A stretch of DNA of 64,000 bases from NCBI GenBank assembly GCA_963701995.1, contig OY969693.1, positions 1,025,512 through 1,089,511 of the forward strand. Direction: 5' to 3'. Made by a program: the position numbers and the translations under genes. Under the pieces are notes generated by a model that made no database searches, had not been told where the DNA came from, and worked only from the letters and a program-made list of their open reading frames with translations. This document shows, piece by piece, positions 47,888 to 57,586 of this stretch. Source of the DNA: Methanobacteriota archaeon (GTDB lineage: Archaea > Halobacteriota > Bog-38 > Methanoflorentales > Methanoflorentaceae). How positions within the stretch are numbered: the first letter of the stretch is position 1; the number at the start of each line of letters is the position of its first letter.

Positions 47888-49300
47888 CTAGCCCTTGATG
47901 ACTCCCATGGGGGTGAGCCGCGCAACGGCTTCTGAGATGCCGAGCTTTGAAACGACGTCGATGACCTCGTCTATCGGCTTGTACGCTTCTGGTGCCTCTT
48001 CTGGCACTGACGAAAGATCATCAGTTTTTATCGCGATGTGTTTTCGCTGCAGACCCTCTGTAACGCCTTTCCAAGTCAAAGAGCGTCTCGCAGCTTTCCG
48101 GCTGAGAATTCGACCTGCCCCGTGGCACGTCGATCCGAAGGTAGTACTCATTGCTTTTTTGGTGCCGTGCAGAACGTAAGAGGCAGTCCCCATGCTGCCT
48201 GGGATGAGCACCGGCTGTTCGATTCCATAACTCGCATCCTTGTCGAATGCTCTTGTGGCGCCTTTGCGGTGCACGTACACCTCCTTGCGGCCTCCATCGA
48301 TCGTGTGTTTTTCTAGCTTTGCAATATTGTGCGCGACATCGTACACGAGGGTTGCAGTCGTGTTGAACTTCTGCTCCAGAATGTCTCGCACCCAAAATGA
48401 CATTACTTGCCGATTTGTCCACGCGTAGTTGGCAGCTGCTGCCATTGCGCTGAAGTAGTCTCGCGCCTCTTGTGAGTCTGCAGGAACGCACGCAAGTTGC
48501 TTGTCGGGGAGTGCGATAGAATACTTGCGACTCGCCGCTTGAAACATTTTCACGTAGTCAGTGCAGATTTGATGGCCAGCCCCCCGTGACCCCGAATGAA
48601 GCATTATGCAGACTTGCTGTTCTTTCAAACCAAACAAATCTGCGGCCTTTTTATCAAAAACTCGATCGACGGATTGAATTTCTAAGAAGTGGTTTCCACT
48701 TCCTAGACTTCCAAGCTGGGGTTTGCCCCTCTTTTTCGCCAGCGGACTGACTTTTGCAGGATCTGCACCGTCCAAACAGCCATTGCTCTCGCAGTGCTTC
48801 AGATCTACAGGGTTTCCATATCCCTGATTAACGGCCCACTTTGCCCCACCGAAGAACACGTCGTTAAGCTCTTTTTCAGAGAGCCGCAGCGGTCCCTTCG
48901 AGCCAAGTCCCGACGGAATTGCTTCAAATAGTGTTGTTATTAGCTCATCAATTCGGGGCTCAATTTCTTCTTTGAACAGGGTTGTCACTAGGAGCCTCGT
49001 GCCGCAGTTGATATCGAACCCAACCCCCCCTGGCGAGAGGACGCCTTCGCTAACGTCGAACGCGGCAACGCCGCCGATGGGAAAACCATATCCCGTGTGC
49101 ACATCAGGCATCGCGAGCGACCATTTCTGGATTCCGGGCAGCGTCGCGACGTTCGCCACTTGTTGTATCGCGCCCCTCTCGAGGTATTTCATAAGGACTT
49201 CTGACAAGAAGATTCGACCAGGGACACGCATCCTTAGCGCTGCGTCCTGCGGCACTTCCCAAACATACTCGCCTAGTTTGACCAATTCTTCGAACGCCAT
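47888..49300 (-). CDS. rtcB: RNA-splicing ligase RtcB (3'-phosphate/5'-hydroxyl RNA ligase)
   Basis: 470 aa with RtcB metal-binding motifs (DVHTGYGFPIGGV, GSGNHFLE, HNIA, C-terminal HGAGR). Confidence 0.9.
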   Translation of the reverse strand: MAFEELVKLGEYVWEVPQDAALRMRVPGRIFLSEVLMKYLERGAIQQVANVATLPGIQKWSLAMPDVHTGYGFPIGGVAAFDVSEGVLSPGGVGFDINCGTRLLVTTLFKEEIEPRIDELITTLFEAIPSGLGSKGPLRLSEKELNDVFFGGAKWAVNQGYGNPVDLKHCESNGCLDGADPAKVSPLAKKRGKPQLGSLGSGNHFLEIQSVDRVFDKKAADLFGLKEQQVCIMLHSGSRGAGHQICTDYVKMFQAASRKYSIALPDKQLACVPADSQEARDYFSAMAAAANYAWTNRQVMSFWVRDILEQKFNTTATLVYDVAHNIAKLEKHTIDGGRKEVYVHRKGATRAFDKDASYGIEQPVLIPGSMGTASYVLHGTKKAMSTTFGSTCHGAGRILSRKAARRSLTWKGVTEGLQRKHIAIKTDDLSSVPEEAPEAYKPIDEVIDVVSKLGISEAVARLTPMGVIKG

Positions 49301-49308
49301 CGAACCCC

Positions 49309-49719
49309 CTATACGTCTAGCGTTACCTCTGCGTGATAGATATCATTTTTCGTGACTGCTAGATTGTGATATGTCACCGCCTTTACTTCTGCGTTTAGTC
49401 TATGCCTGTTTGGATCTAATCTTTCGCCTAGACAATCGGCAGTTAACGACAAATCCACAATCCTGACGAAACATTTCTTAGCAGCAAAGCGCTCGATTTC
49501 AAACGTGATCAGAAGCTCCGCAAGCCAGTCGTAAAGCAAGTTCTCGTAAGAGTCGGAACCTATCTCTATGGTGCAAGTCTCTCCCAGCGCGACTTCATCG
49601 AGGAGAACCATTGTGCTTTCGAGAGCTTCTGCCGCATTTTCAAATAGCTCGTTTAAGGCTCTTCCGTGCGCCATAAAAGTTACATCAGCTGTGTCCTCTA
49701 GAAACTCGTATTTTTGCAT
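49309..49719 (-). CDS. archease (RtcB activator)
   Basis: MQKYEFLEDTADVTFMAHG...VKAVTYHNLAV matches the archease family (EHTADV, HxL motifs); directly upstream of and co-oriented with rtcB. Confidence 0.85.
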   Translation of the reverse strand: MQKYEFLEDTADVTFMAHGRALNELFENAAEALESTMVLLDEVALGETCTIEIGSDSYENLLYDWLAELLITFEIERFAAKKCFVRIVDLSLTADCLGERLDPNRHRLNAEVKAVTYHNLAVTKNDIYHAEVTLDV

Positions 49720-49780
49720 GCCGCTATCGTATAGGATATGAACCAGATATTAATATACATTGATCAATTGAGGCTAGTCG

Positions 49781-50446
49781 ATGAGACCATATGTCTTTAT
49801 TAATTCAGCAATGAGTGCCGACGGCAAAATCTCCACAGTAGCGAGAAAACAAGTGCGCATTTCTGGTGAAGAGGACCTCCGGCGAGTTGATGCGCTAAAA
49901 GCGGACGTTGATGCCGTCATGGTAGGGGTCGGGACCGTTCTCGCGGACGATCCGAAGCTTTCCATAAAGTCGGTGGTACTCAAGCGCACGCGAGTGGACC
50001 AGGGGAGAACTGAGAATCCGTTGCGAGTGGTGGTCGATAGCCGTGCACGAACGCCACCGACTGCGGCCGTTTTGGGATCAAATGCGCTTATAGCGACGTC
50101 GCAACAGGCCCCACGTCACAGGGTAGAAGAGCTCGAAACAAAGGCTGAAATACTCGTTGTCGGAGAGCGCAAAGTGGATCTCGCTGCGCTGCTTGGGCGT
50201 TTGAAGGATCGAGGGGTGGAATCTCTCTTAGTGGAGGGTGGCGCAACGCTCAATTTCGCCCTTCTAAGTTTGGGCTTAGTCGATGAGATTTACACATACG
50301 TAGGGAACATTATTATTGGGGGCAGTGCAGCGCCAACGCTGGTCGATGGAGAGGGCCTGACCAACGACTTTGTCAAGCTGAATCTGCGAGAAATTCGTCA
50401 AATCGGCGACGGCGTGCTCATCAAGTGGAGAGTCGTCAGCTTTTGA
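49781..50446 (+). CDS. 2,5-diamino-6-ribosylamino-4(3H)-pyrimidinone 5'-phosphate reductase (archaeal RibD-C/ArfC-like)
   Basis: MRPYVFINSAMSADGKIS N-terminus and DHFR-like reductase fold of about 220 aa, typical of the archaeal riboflavin reductase. Confidence 0.75.
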   Translation: MRPYVFINSAMSADGKISTVARKQVRISGEEDLRRVDALKADVDAVMVGVGTVLADDPKLSIKSVVLKRTRVDQGRTENPLRVVVDSRARTPPTAAVLGSNALIATSQQAPRHRVEELETKAEILVVGERKVDLAALLGRLKDRGVESLLVEGGATLNFALLSLGLVDEIYTYVGNIIIGGSAAPTLVDGEGLTNDFVKLNLREIRQIGDGVLIKWRVVSF

Positions 50447-50456
50447 CCTCTGACAT

Positions 50457-51500
50457 TCATCGTGCTTCTTGGGCGGCCCCTTCAACTGCTCCTTCCACTA
50501 CTGGTCGATCTTGTAGGATCTTTATGCTCACCAACCCACCTACGACTACGTTTAGATAGTAAGTAATCACTCTCCAACCTAGGATGAAGATGCCGAGAAT
50601 TGACGTGCTCACGAAGACTGAATAAATCGCCGCGGTGCTCACTTCGGCTATGCCGCTGTTTCCCGGCGTGAGTGGAATCATTGCGATCATCATTAGAACT
50701 GTCTGGGCAGAAAAGGACGCCAAAATCCACGGCTGTGATCCGAGGCCGACGAGAATAAGCGAAGCAATGGAAAACTGCAGAAGCCAAAACGCCGTCGTAA
50801 GAAGAAAACCTTTGACTAAAGCTCGTCGTTCATCCTTCAAGTAGCGCTTCGAGCTATTGTGAAAGACGTCGATCTCTCGCAAAGCCTTTTGCATGGCTCT
50901 GTCAGCCTTGTCAGCGCCTCTCACTTTGACGAACAGCCAGCGTACTTTTGTCACCAAAGACTTCACCTTTCTTGGCTTTGCCATAACATAAAGCAGGACG
51001 AAAAAGAGTAAACCGAAAACTAGGGCTGCGGCCCCGAAAAGGGCTATGATCCCGGGCGTGCTCTGCACGTACCGGGTGAACAGCAGAAATGCGATCGGGG
51101 CGGCTATGCCTAAGAAAAGTGCATCGAGCATTCTTTCTCCGAGGACGACCGCGGAGGCATCCCCCACGGATAGCTTGCAACCTCGCAACAGCTGAATTCT
51201 GGTAACTTCCCCACCGGCGTGTCCCGGAGTGATTGCTGCGGCAAACAGATTTGACAAGACGATCTCGACCGATTTTCTGAATGAGAGCTCGCCTCCAACC
51301 GCTTCTGACATGGTCTTCAATCGGGCGCCCCAGACGAGCCACGAACTGAACTGAAAGATCAATGCGGCGGCTAAGAACGCTGGGTGAATTTGTATGAGGC
51401 TACGCAACTGGCCCGGCGTGATCGTGTAAAATAGGAGTGCGAGGATCGAGATTATGCTGAACGTCAGTGAAATCGCAAGCCACTTTCGCATGCCGTTCAA
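50457..51500 (-). CDS. flippase-like domain membrane protein (UPF0104 / LPG-synthase TM family)
   Basis: 347 aa, about eight TM helices; family commonly paired with a GT2 enzyme, here located immediately upstream. Confidence 0.55.
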   Translation of the reverse strand: MNGMRKWLAISLTFSIISILALLFYTITPGQLRSLIQIHPAFLAAALIFQFSSWLVWGARLKTMSEAVGGELSFRKSVEIVLSNLFAAAITPGHAGGEVTRIQLLRGCKLSVGDASAVVLGERMLDALFLGIAAPIAFLLFTRYVQSTPGIIALFGAAALVFGLLFFVLLYVMAKPRKVKSLVTKVRWLFVKVRGADKADRAMQKALREIDVFHNSSKRYLKDERRALVKGFLLTTAFWLLQFSIASLILVGLGSQPWILASFSAQTVLMMIAMIPLTPGNSGIAEVSTAAIYSVFVSTSILGIFILGWRVITYYLNVVVGGLVSIKILQDRPVVEGAVEGAAQEAR

Positions 51501-51518
51501 GATCTGGCCCCCCTGTAG

Positions 51519-52496
51519 CTAGACGTTTGATCTGGCTACCTCGGCCCACTCACACTTGCGGGAAGTTAGATGCTGTCCGACGGCCACGGTCCCGCATAGC
51601 GTCATCAAGCAGGCGTACCCGGCCAAGCCGAGCAGGATTTTGAATGATTCCGCTAAGCTATCACTTTCTAACCTAATTGCTCTGCAATATATAAAGACAA
51701 AAGGCGCTAATAAGTATGAAAAAAATGGGATCGTTAGCGAGCCCAGCCACGTCACTTTTACTAAGATAGGAACGCGAGCGACGAACATTGGACCAAGATA
51801 CTTTCGAAACCCCTCGACTGCACCGCGGAACCATCGAACTCTTTGATTGTACAAGTCCTGAATGGAAGTAGGAGCCTGTTCCCCTACTTTTGTCTTAGCG
51901 AGCAGTGCGCGGTTCCCCGAAAGATATATCTTCTCGCTAATATCTAGATCCTCACACAAACAACGTTCATCAAAACCTGTCGTCCTTAGAAAGGGTGCTT
52001 TTGACACTCCTATCACGCCGTTGAACTGAATGAAGCCCCTTGACCACCTGGAAAAACGATAGATATCACAGAAAAACTTGTATTCGATTGAAACGATCTT
52101 GGTAAGGGTGTTTACTTTATTAGTCACGAAGCGGCAGCCACTTGCGAGCACCCCGTCGTCTGTCGCCGTGAGTTCACGCACACACTCCGCCAAAAAATCA
52201 GGGTTGGGCCGGCTATCGACGTCGAATAGTGCAATGCAGTCTGCACCCTCTGTCACGTTCAGAATGTCGTTTATGGCGCCAGCTCGGCGGCCTCTATTGC
52301 CATTTCTGATCACTATGTGGAAATGCGGCGGCAGCAGTGCGTACAGAGAGTTGTAATCTTTTCCGCTGCTGTCATTGACGTAGTACGCTTCAAAATCGAG
52401 ACCACTGCAGTCTAGAGCGCCTAGGCTCTTGATTGATTTTTCAACGAGTGCGTTCGGTTCGGACGGCGCTACCGGGATGATGGCGCAAACTTTCAT
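51519..52496 (-). CDS. glycosyltransferase family 2 (dolichyl/polyprenyl-phosphate sugar synthase-like)
   Basis: N-terminal GT-A domain (CAIIPV, DxD-like FDVDS) followed by C-terminal TM helices. Confidence 0.7.
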   Translation of the reverse strand: MKVCAIIPVAPSEPNALVEKSIKSLGALDCSGLDFEAYYVNDSSGKDYNSLYALLPPHFHIVIRNGNRGRRAGAINDILNVTEGADCIALFDVDSRPNPDFLAECVRELTATDDGVLASGCRFVTNKVNTLTKIVSIEYKFFCDIYRFSRWSRGFIQFNGVIGVSKAPFLRTTGFDERCLCEDLDISEKIYLSGNRALLAKTKVGEQAPTSIQDLYNQRVRWFRGAVEGFRKYLGPMFVARVPILVKVTWLGSLTIPFFSYLLAPFVFIYCRAIRLESDSLAESFKILLGLAGYACLMTLCGTVAVGQHLTSRKCEWAEVARSNV

Positions 52497-52557
52497 TTCA
52501 GAAGAAAATTCGATTAACGTATATTAAGTCGTCGTTCTTGAAGCGTCTTTTTTCGTT

Positions 52558-53685
52558 TTACGCGTCTGTCACGTTCGCATAAAGGTTAAGGATCTGTTGC
52601 GCAATGATCTTCCAGTCATATTTCTGTTCAACGCGCCTGCGCCCGTTTTTACCCATTGATCTTGCGTTTGTAGGGTTTTCGAGAATCTCTAGAATGGCAT
52701 CTGCAAGGGAAGAAGGATCTCGCGGCGTTACTAGCAGACCGCCTTCGCCAACGACGTCGAGCACGCCCGGAATTCTGGAAGCAATCACTGGCGTTTCGCA
52801 CGCCATCGCTTCTAAAAGAACTATGCCGAAAGCCTCGAGGCGCGTGAAAGAGGGAAGGACTAGTGCCGAAGAGCTTGTGTAGAGCTTTAAAAGAGCGGCT
52901 CTTGATACGTGCCCACAGAATTTGATTCGATCTTCACAGCCGTTGGCGAGTCTTTTTAGTCGTTCTCGCTCCTCCCCATCGCCGACGATTAAGAAAGTCG
53001 CGTCGCTTAGTTGGCTTAATACGATCTTGGCGGCGTTGACAAGATCATCGACGCCTTTCACGGAGCTCAGTCGACCAACGAAGAGTATCTGGTGGCGCCT
53101 CTTTTCGCCGTTTAAGCCGAGCAAATGTCTGTCAAAGGTCTCAAGTCTAATGCCATTCGGCACGATTTCATAGCGATAATCGCGCAGCACAGAGGAAGTT
53201 CGCGCGTAAGATTCAGTTGTAGCGATTATCTGCGCGACGTTGTCGAGGATCGGCTTTGTATATAGGGCTGTGTTGACTTCGTCCACGAGGTATTTGCAGA
53301 TGTTCGGAATTCTGAGATTTGCCATATTGTCGGGAATTTCGAGATCGCAGTGGTAAGTAAGCACGTGTGGAACGTGCGGTAGGCCTTTGACCACCCCGTA
53401 AGACATGAACGGCGGGGGATAGTGTGAATGCACGACATCGGCGTTGAACTGCGCAATGCGCCGGCGCAGAGCATACATATAGGGGATATATGGCAGATTC
53501 ACAGCGGGAAATCTGTTTACAGAGAGTCCGCCCAAAACCTCATTTGGCCTAGACTTGGGGACGTCGGCGCACAAAACAATAACCTCGTGCCCGAGGTCCC
53601 GTAAGCTTTGCGAAAGCTCAAGACAGTGAGTTTCGACTCCACCGATGTGCGGGTAGAAGTAAGAAGAGGCTTGAATTATTTTCAC
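52558..53685 (-). CDS. glycosyltransferase family 4
   Basis: GT-B fold with an N-terminal GGVETH-type motif and C-terminal E..7E region (EAFGIVLLEAMACETPVIAS). Confidence 0.8.
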   Translation of the reverse strand: MKIIQASSYFYPHIGGVETHCLELSQSLRDLGHEVIVLCADVPKSRPNEVLGGLSVNRFPAVNLPYIPYMYALRRRIAQFNADVVHSHYPPPFMSYGVVKGLPHVPHVLTYHCDLEIPDNMANLRIPNICKYLVDEVNTALYTKPILDNVAQIIATTESYARTSSVLRDYRYEIVPNGIRLETFDRHLLGLNGEKRRHQILFVGRLSSVKGVDDLVNAAKIVLSQLSDATFLIVGDGEERERLKRLANGCEDRIKFCGHVSRAALLKLYTSSSALVLPSFTRLEAFGIVLLEAMACETPVIASRIPGVLDVVGEGGLLVTPRDPSSLADAILEILENPTNARSMGKNGRRRVEQKYDWKIIAQQILNLYANVTDA

Positions 53686-53915
53686 GCTGATTCACGTTGA
53701 ATGTGCGCGTAGGTGTTGAATAAGTTATCGCGGAATCTCCGTCCGCGCTGAGGCATTTTGATGTCGAATGCGGATCTAACGTCGTTTGAAAGACGTTTAG
53801 CAACGTCGAAACTGACTGGTTGCAGCGCGAGCGCGCTAGCTTGGCACAGTAACGCATGGCACCCTGATTAACAAAAGTTAAATAGCACATTTGTCCTGTA
53901 GGTCAGTGTGCTTTC

Positions 53916-54521
53916 ATGAGCCGTTTCATAGCCGTAATAGCGGTGCTGGCTGTGTTTTTTGTTATAGCAACCTCCTCTTTGACGGTCAGCGTCAAAGCCC
54001 AAAATGAGATAACGTGGGTTTATGATTACCCCACAGGGATGAAGGCTGCGGCCGAGGAAAATAAGCCCGTGATGGTATACATTCACGAAGATTGGTGCCC
54101 TCGATGCAGAAACATGGATCAAAACACCTGGACCGATGGTGAAGTTATTAAACTTTCGTCGAACTTCGTGAACATAAACGTGGCCGGGACTGAACAAGGA
54201 ACGCTATATAATTATAGCAAGCCTCCACTGATTGTATTCACGGACCCGCAAGGCAGGGTCATTGTCAAACAAAACGCAGAACTGTCGGCTAGTCAGGTGA
54301 CTGCCCTGCAACGGCGGGTGCTCGCTCAAGCGCCGTTCTCGTCCTCCTCCGCGACAGGCAATCCTCCAACCACACCCACACCTGCAACCAATGCAACGGC
54401 CATCAACCCAAGCGTTGCGGCCAAAGCCGCGGGGGTGCCCGGTTTTGAAGCGATCCCTTCAATCGTTGGCATATCGATTACCGCGCTCGTGCTGTCGCGC
54501 ATTGGTAAGAGCCCGAGGTAA
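53916..54521 (+). CDS. secreted thioredoxin-like (Thioredoxin_7/DUF255-type CxxC) protein with Thr/Pro-rich linker and PGF-CTERM archaeosortase sorting signal
   Basis: Signal-peptide-like N-terminus. VMVYIHEDWCPRCRNMD thioredoxin-fold CxxC. TPTPATNAT linker. C-terminal GVPGFEAIPSIVGISITALVLSRIGKSPR, i.e. PGF + TM + basic tail. Confidence 0.65.
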   Translation: MSRFIAVIAVLAVFFVIATSSLTVSVKAQNEITWVYDYPTGMKAAAEENKPVMVYIHEDWCPRCRNMDQNTWTDGEVIKLSSNFVNINVAGTEQGTLYNYSKPPLIVFTDPQGRVIVKQNAELSASQVTALQRRVLAQAPFSSSSATGNPPTTPTPATNATAINPSVAAKAAGVPGFEAIPSIVGISITALVLSRIGKSPR

Positions 54522-54728
54522 CCCAGCCAAACCCGGCGGACGCTGGTCTCAGGTCAAACAGCCTGATCAACTGCTGTCCGCCAAAGCCTCGCGCACCAAC
54601 GCTTGGTTCGATTTTTTCGGCAATCATAATCGGGCCAGATGGCACGCTTCGCCCGCGCTTACCTAGCTGGTTAGCAACCGATCGGATCAGCACCAATGTT
54701 TAACTATTATGATCCAACAGTACCTGCT

Positions 54729-54974
54729 ATGCTTTATCGCGCTGAGATCACCATTAAGCTCAAGAATGGCATGCTTGATCCGGAAGCTACGACGATAAAA
54801 AAAGCTCTGAAGCATCTTGGGTATGAGTGTCAATCGGTCAAACAAGCAGCCACCTACGAACTCGAATTCACAGCAGATTCCCGTGAGAACGCAACCGACC
54901 TCGTTAACGGAATGTGCCAAAGGCTGCTCGCGAATCCCATCATACACGATTATGACGTACGGATAACGAAATAG
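54729..54974 (+). CDS. purS: phosphoribosylformylglycinamidine synthase subunit PurS
   Basis: MLYRAEITIKLKNGMLDPEATTIKKALKHLGY canonical PurS; 81 aa. Confidence 0.85.
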   Translation: MLYRAEITIKLKNGMLDPEATTIKKALKHLGYECQSVKQAATYELEFTADSRENATDLVNGMCQRLLANPIIHDYDVRITK

Positions 54975-54988
54975 TCGGAAAGAGACAG

Positions 54989-55669
54989 ATGAATATCGCC
55001 ATTCTTCGGTTCGGTGGGAGTAACTGTGATTTGGATGTTCAAAAAGCTCTGAACAATTTGGGCGTAGGCGCAGAACTTGTCTGGTACAAAGAGGCCCTAA
55101 AGAGTTTTGACGGCGCAATCATCCCAGGAGGGTTTGCATACGGGGACTACTTGCGCGCAGGTGCAATTGCGGCACGAACCAAGATCATGCAGTCGGTTGC
55201 TCAGATGGCAGCTGATGGGAAGCCTGTGCTAGGCATATGCAACGGCGCCCAAATCCTCAGCGAGTCGCACTTGGTGCCCGGCACGTTCACTTTGAATCAG
55301 TATCCAAAGTTCATTTGCAGGTGGGTAAAACTCAGAACAGTCGGCAAATCTCCGTTCACGGTACTTTCGAACGCGATAGTAGATCTTCCTATAGCTCACA
55401 AAGAGGGGCGATACGTCGTTGACCCCCGGCTGCTCAAAGAGCTTTATGAAAATGACCAGGTCGTTTTTAAGTACGTTGATGATAATGGACGCCCCACTTT
55501 GGCTGCAAACCCCAACGGTTCGCTCGATAACATTGCTGGAATAAGTAATTTAGAAAAAAACGTGCTTGCGATGATGCCGCATCCCGAACGAGCGTCAGAG
55601 AAACTTCTCGGTTCTGCTGACGGGAATGCCATCTTTGAATCGATGGTTCGATATATCAAGGCCCTTTGA
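54989..55669 (+). CDS. purQ: phosphoribosylformylglycinamidine synthase I (glutaminase subunit PurQ)
   Basis: Class I glutamine amidotransferase with GICNGAQIL and the His/Glu region (HPER). Confidence 0.9.
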   Translation: MNIAILRFGGSNCDLDVQKALNNLGVGAELVWYKEALKSFDGAIIPGGFAYGDYLRAGAIAARTKIMQSVAQMAADGKPVLGICNGAQILSESHLVPGTFTLNQYPKFICRWVKLRTVGKSPFTVLSNAIVDLPIAHKEGRYVVDPRLLKELYENDQVVFKYVDDNGRPTLAANPNGSLDNIAGISNLEKNVLAMMPHPERASEKLLGSADGNAIFESMVRYIKAL

Positions 55670-55723
55670 GACGCACCTTCTCGCGACCGCTTCTGCTTAT
55701 GTTTGCGCGCAAGCAGGCCGTTT

Positions 55724-56671
55724 TCAAACTAGCGGGGACCACCACCACTCGTTCTCTTGATACCACCGAACGACTTGCGTCAATCCGTCTTCAAATGAAA
55801 TCTCGGGTTGCCACCCAAGAGATTTTATCTTCGAACAGTCTAGCGAGTACCTCTGGTCGTGTCCGAGCCGGTTCGCTGTGAAGGCAATGAGGGTTGAAGG
55901 CTTTCGCGCTAGCTGCAGTATGGCTTGGGTTATCTCTAAGTTGCTCTTCTCGTTACCAGCGCCAATATTATACGTCTCACCCGTTTTGCCCGTTTGGCGA
56001 ACGCAGTCTATCGCTGCACAGTTATCTGCAACGTGTATCCAGTCTCGGACGTTGTCTCCCCGGCCGTAAACGGTCAGCTCGCGGTTCTTCATAGCGCTTG
56101 TAACAAAGCGAGGAATCAGTTTCTCGGGGTGCTGATACGGCCCGTAGTTGTTTGAGCTGCGGGTAATAACGCAGGGAAAATCGTACGTCGTGAAATAGGA
56201 TGACGCCAACAAGTCTGCTCCAGCCTTGCTTGCTGCATAGGGACTTGACGGATGCAACGGATCCGTCTCCTTAAATGATCCGCGATCAATGCTTCCATAC
56301 ACTTCATCCGTCGATATCTGGACGAATCGCTCAATTGAGTAATCTTTGGCCGCTGCTAACAAGACGTGAGTTCCGAGGACATCCGTTTGAACGAAGGCAG
56401 CTGAACTCGCAATTGATCTATCGACGTGCGTCTCGGCCGCAAAGTTGATAACACAGTCACAATCTTTTAGCAACTGCTTGACAATTGTCTCGTCGCAAAT
56501 ATCGCCTTTGACGAATTCAATATCAGCTAGCACGTCTCTGAGGCTGCTCATATTGCCTGCGTACGTCAGTTTGTCCAGGACTGTGATTTCTGCTTCATTG
56601 TGTTTACACAACATATAACGGACGAAATTGCTGCCTATGAAGCCCGCGCCACCTGTGATTAATAGTCGCAT
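55724..56671 (-). CDS. rfbB: dTDP-glucose 4,6-dehydratase
   Basis: MRLLITGGAGFIGSNFVRY, YAASKAGAD (YxxxK), full RfbB-like length. Confidence 0.9.
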   Translation of the reverse strand: MRLLITGGAGFIGSNFVRYMLCKHNEAEITVLDKLTYAGNMSSLRDVLADIEFVKGDICDETIVKQLLKDCDCVINFAAETHVDRSIASSAAFVQTDVLGTHVLLAAAKDYSIERFVQISTDEVYGSIDRGSFKETDPLHPSSPYAASKAGADLLASSYFTTYDFPCVITRSSNNYGPYQHPEKLIPRFVTSAMKNRELTVYGRGDNVRDWIHVADNCAAIDCVRQTGKTGETYNIGAGNEKSNLEITQAILQLARKPSTLIAFTANRLGHDQRYSLDCSKIKSLGWQPEISFEDGLTQVVRWYQENEWWWSPLV

Positions 56672-56982
56672 GGTTCCTCGTTTCAATCTTCCGCAAATGA
56701 GCTGTGATACGGCAAACAGCTCGAGGATTCTTTGTGTAGAGGTTTCTTAATTCTTTTGATGGAAATCGCATTTGAGAATGCGAAGGATTTTGACGTGCTC
56801 TAAAAAAATGAGCTCTTCGGGACTGTCAAAAATCTGTTTAGTTATGTTGAGGGCTTATGAGCTCAGGACTGCGTTTTGCACAGGTCAGAAACAAATATAT
56901 TTTATAACGCGAATCGTAGTCAGCAAGCGTTGTGAAAATACGCCGTGCTTTGCGTTATTCAGCAACACCTTTGTATACTCAA

Positions 56983-57075
56983 GCTCCGGTAGTGTAGTCC
57001 GGCCAATCATGTTGGCCTTTCGAACTTTAGCAGTGAAGCAAGCCAACGACTCGGGTTCAAATCCCGACCGGAGCA
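56983..57075 (+). tRNA. tRNA-Glu(UUC) with 18-nt intron
   Basis: Acceptor GCTCCGG/CCGGAGC, anticodon stem TTGGC/GCCAA with loop CTTTCGA (anticodon TTC), followed by an 18-nt insert. T-arm TCGGG-TTCAAAT-CCCGA; discriminator A. Confidence 0.8.
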
Positions 57076-57553
57076 TCCACTCGTCTGATTATCGTAAGCC
57101 TGCCCCTCACCGCAGCAGTGAACGTGTCACGCAATTCAAAAAAAAACTGACAGAACCATAGTCATCAATCGATACAAAAGGTCCACGGGCTATCTCGTGA
57201 TCCATTGTCTCTGTGTTTCGCAGGGGTCGAGCATTCTGGCATTTGGTTTGCAGAATGGTTTCGTATGACGTTAACCGCAGACCATAGGTTATGCTATGCA
57301 CGAAGTTCGGTAGCGTCTACTCTACGTTTATCTAATTTGACTGCTTGTTGGAATTGTGGGACGAAATCTATACAAAAAGTGGAATTATCAAGTTTGGCGT
57401 GCAGCAGCTCAAGAGCTGCAGCGCCGCGCCGAACAACATCTAGTAATAATGGTCGACGGCGTATTAGCTTTGGACAGAGATCCTCTTGGGCGGGCGTACC
57501 AAAAAAATCTCCTTCGAGGCCCGCCGATGCATCAGCAAAAGTGCTATCCAGTT

Positions 57554-57564
57554 AAAAAATAGGC
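57554..57564 (+). promoter_or_regulatory. TATA-box candidate for tRNA-Leu(UAA)
   Basis: ggcttttatat about 25 nt upstream of the tRNA 5' end at 57587. Confidence 0.3.
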
Positions 57565-57586
57565 TTTTATATGTCCGTGCGGTACG

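Noticed and set aside
48021-48491. 156-aa minus-strand ORF and several plus-strand ORFs inside rtcB
   Set aside because: These are alternative frames of a highly conserved RtcB coding region, Arg-rich artefacts.
56763-56782. Perfect 7-bp hairpin (tcgcatt-tgag-aatgcga) upstream of tRNA-Glu
   Set aside because: Too short to assign a function, with no associated T-tract or known motif.
57205-57562. 116-aa and 68-aa plus-strand ORFs in the spacer between tRNA-Glu and tRNA-Leu
   Set aside because: Ser/Arg/Ala-rich and low-complexity with no start context; most likely non-coding spacer.
57076-57586. RNase P RNA or other known structured RNA in the inter-tRNA spacer
   Set aside because: I scanned both strands for RNase P conserved regions (GNAAnnUGGGCAGG / ACAGAAcccGGCUUA-type CR-I and CR-V motifs) and found no convincing match.
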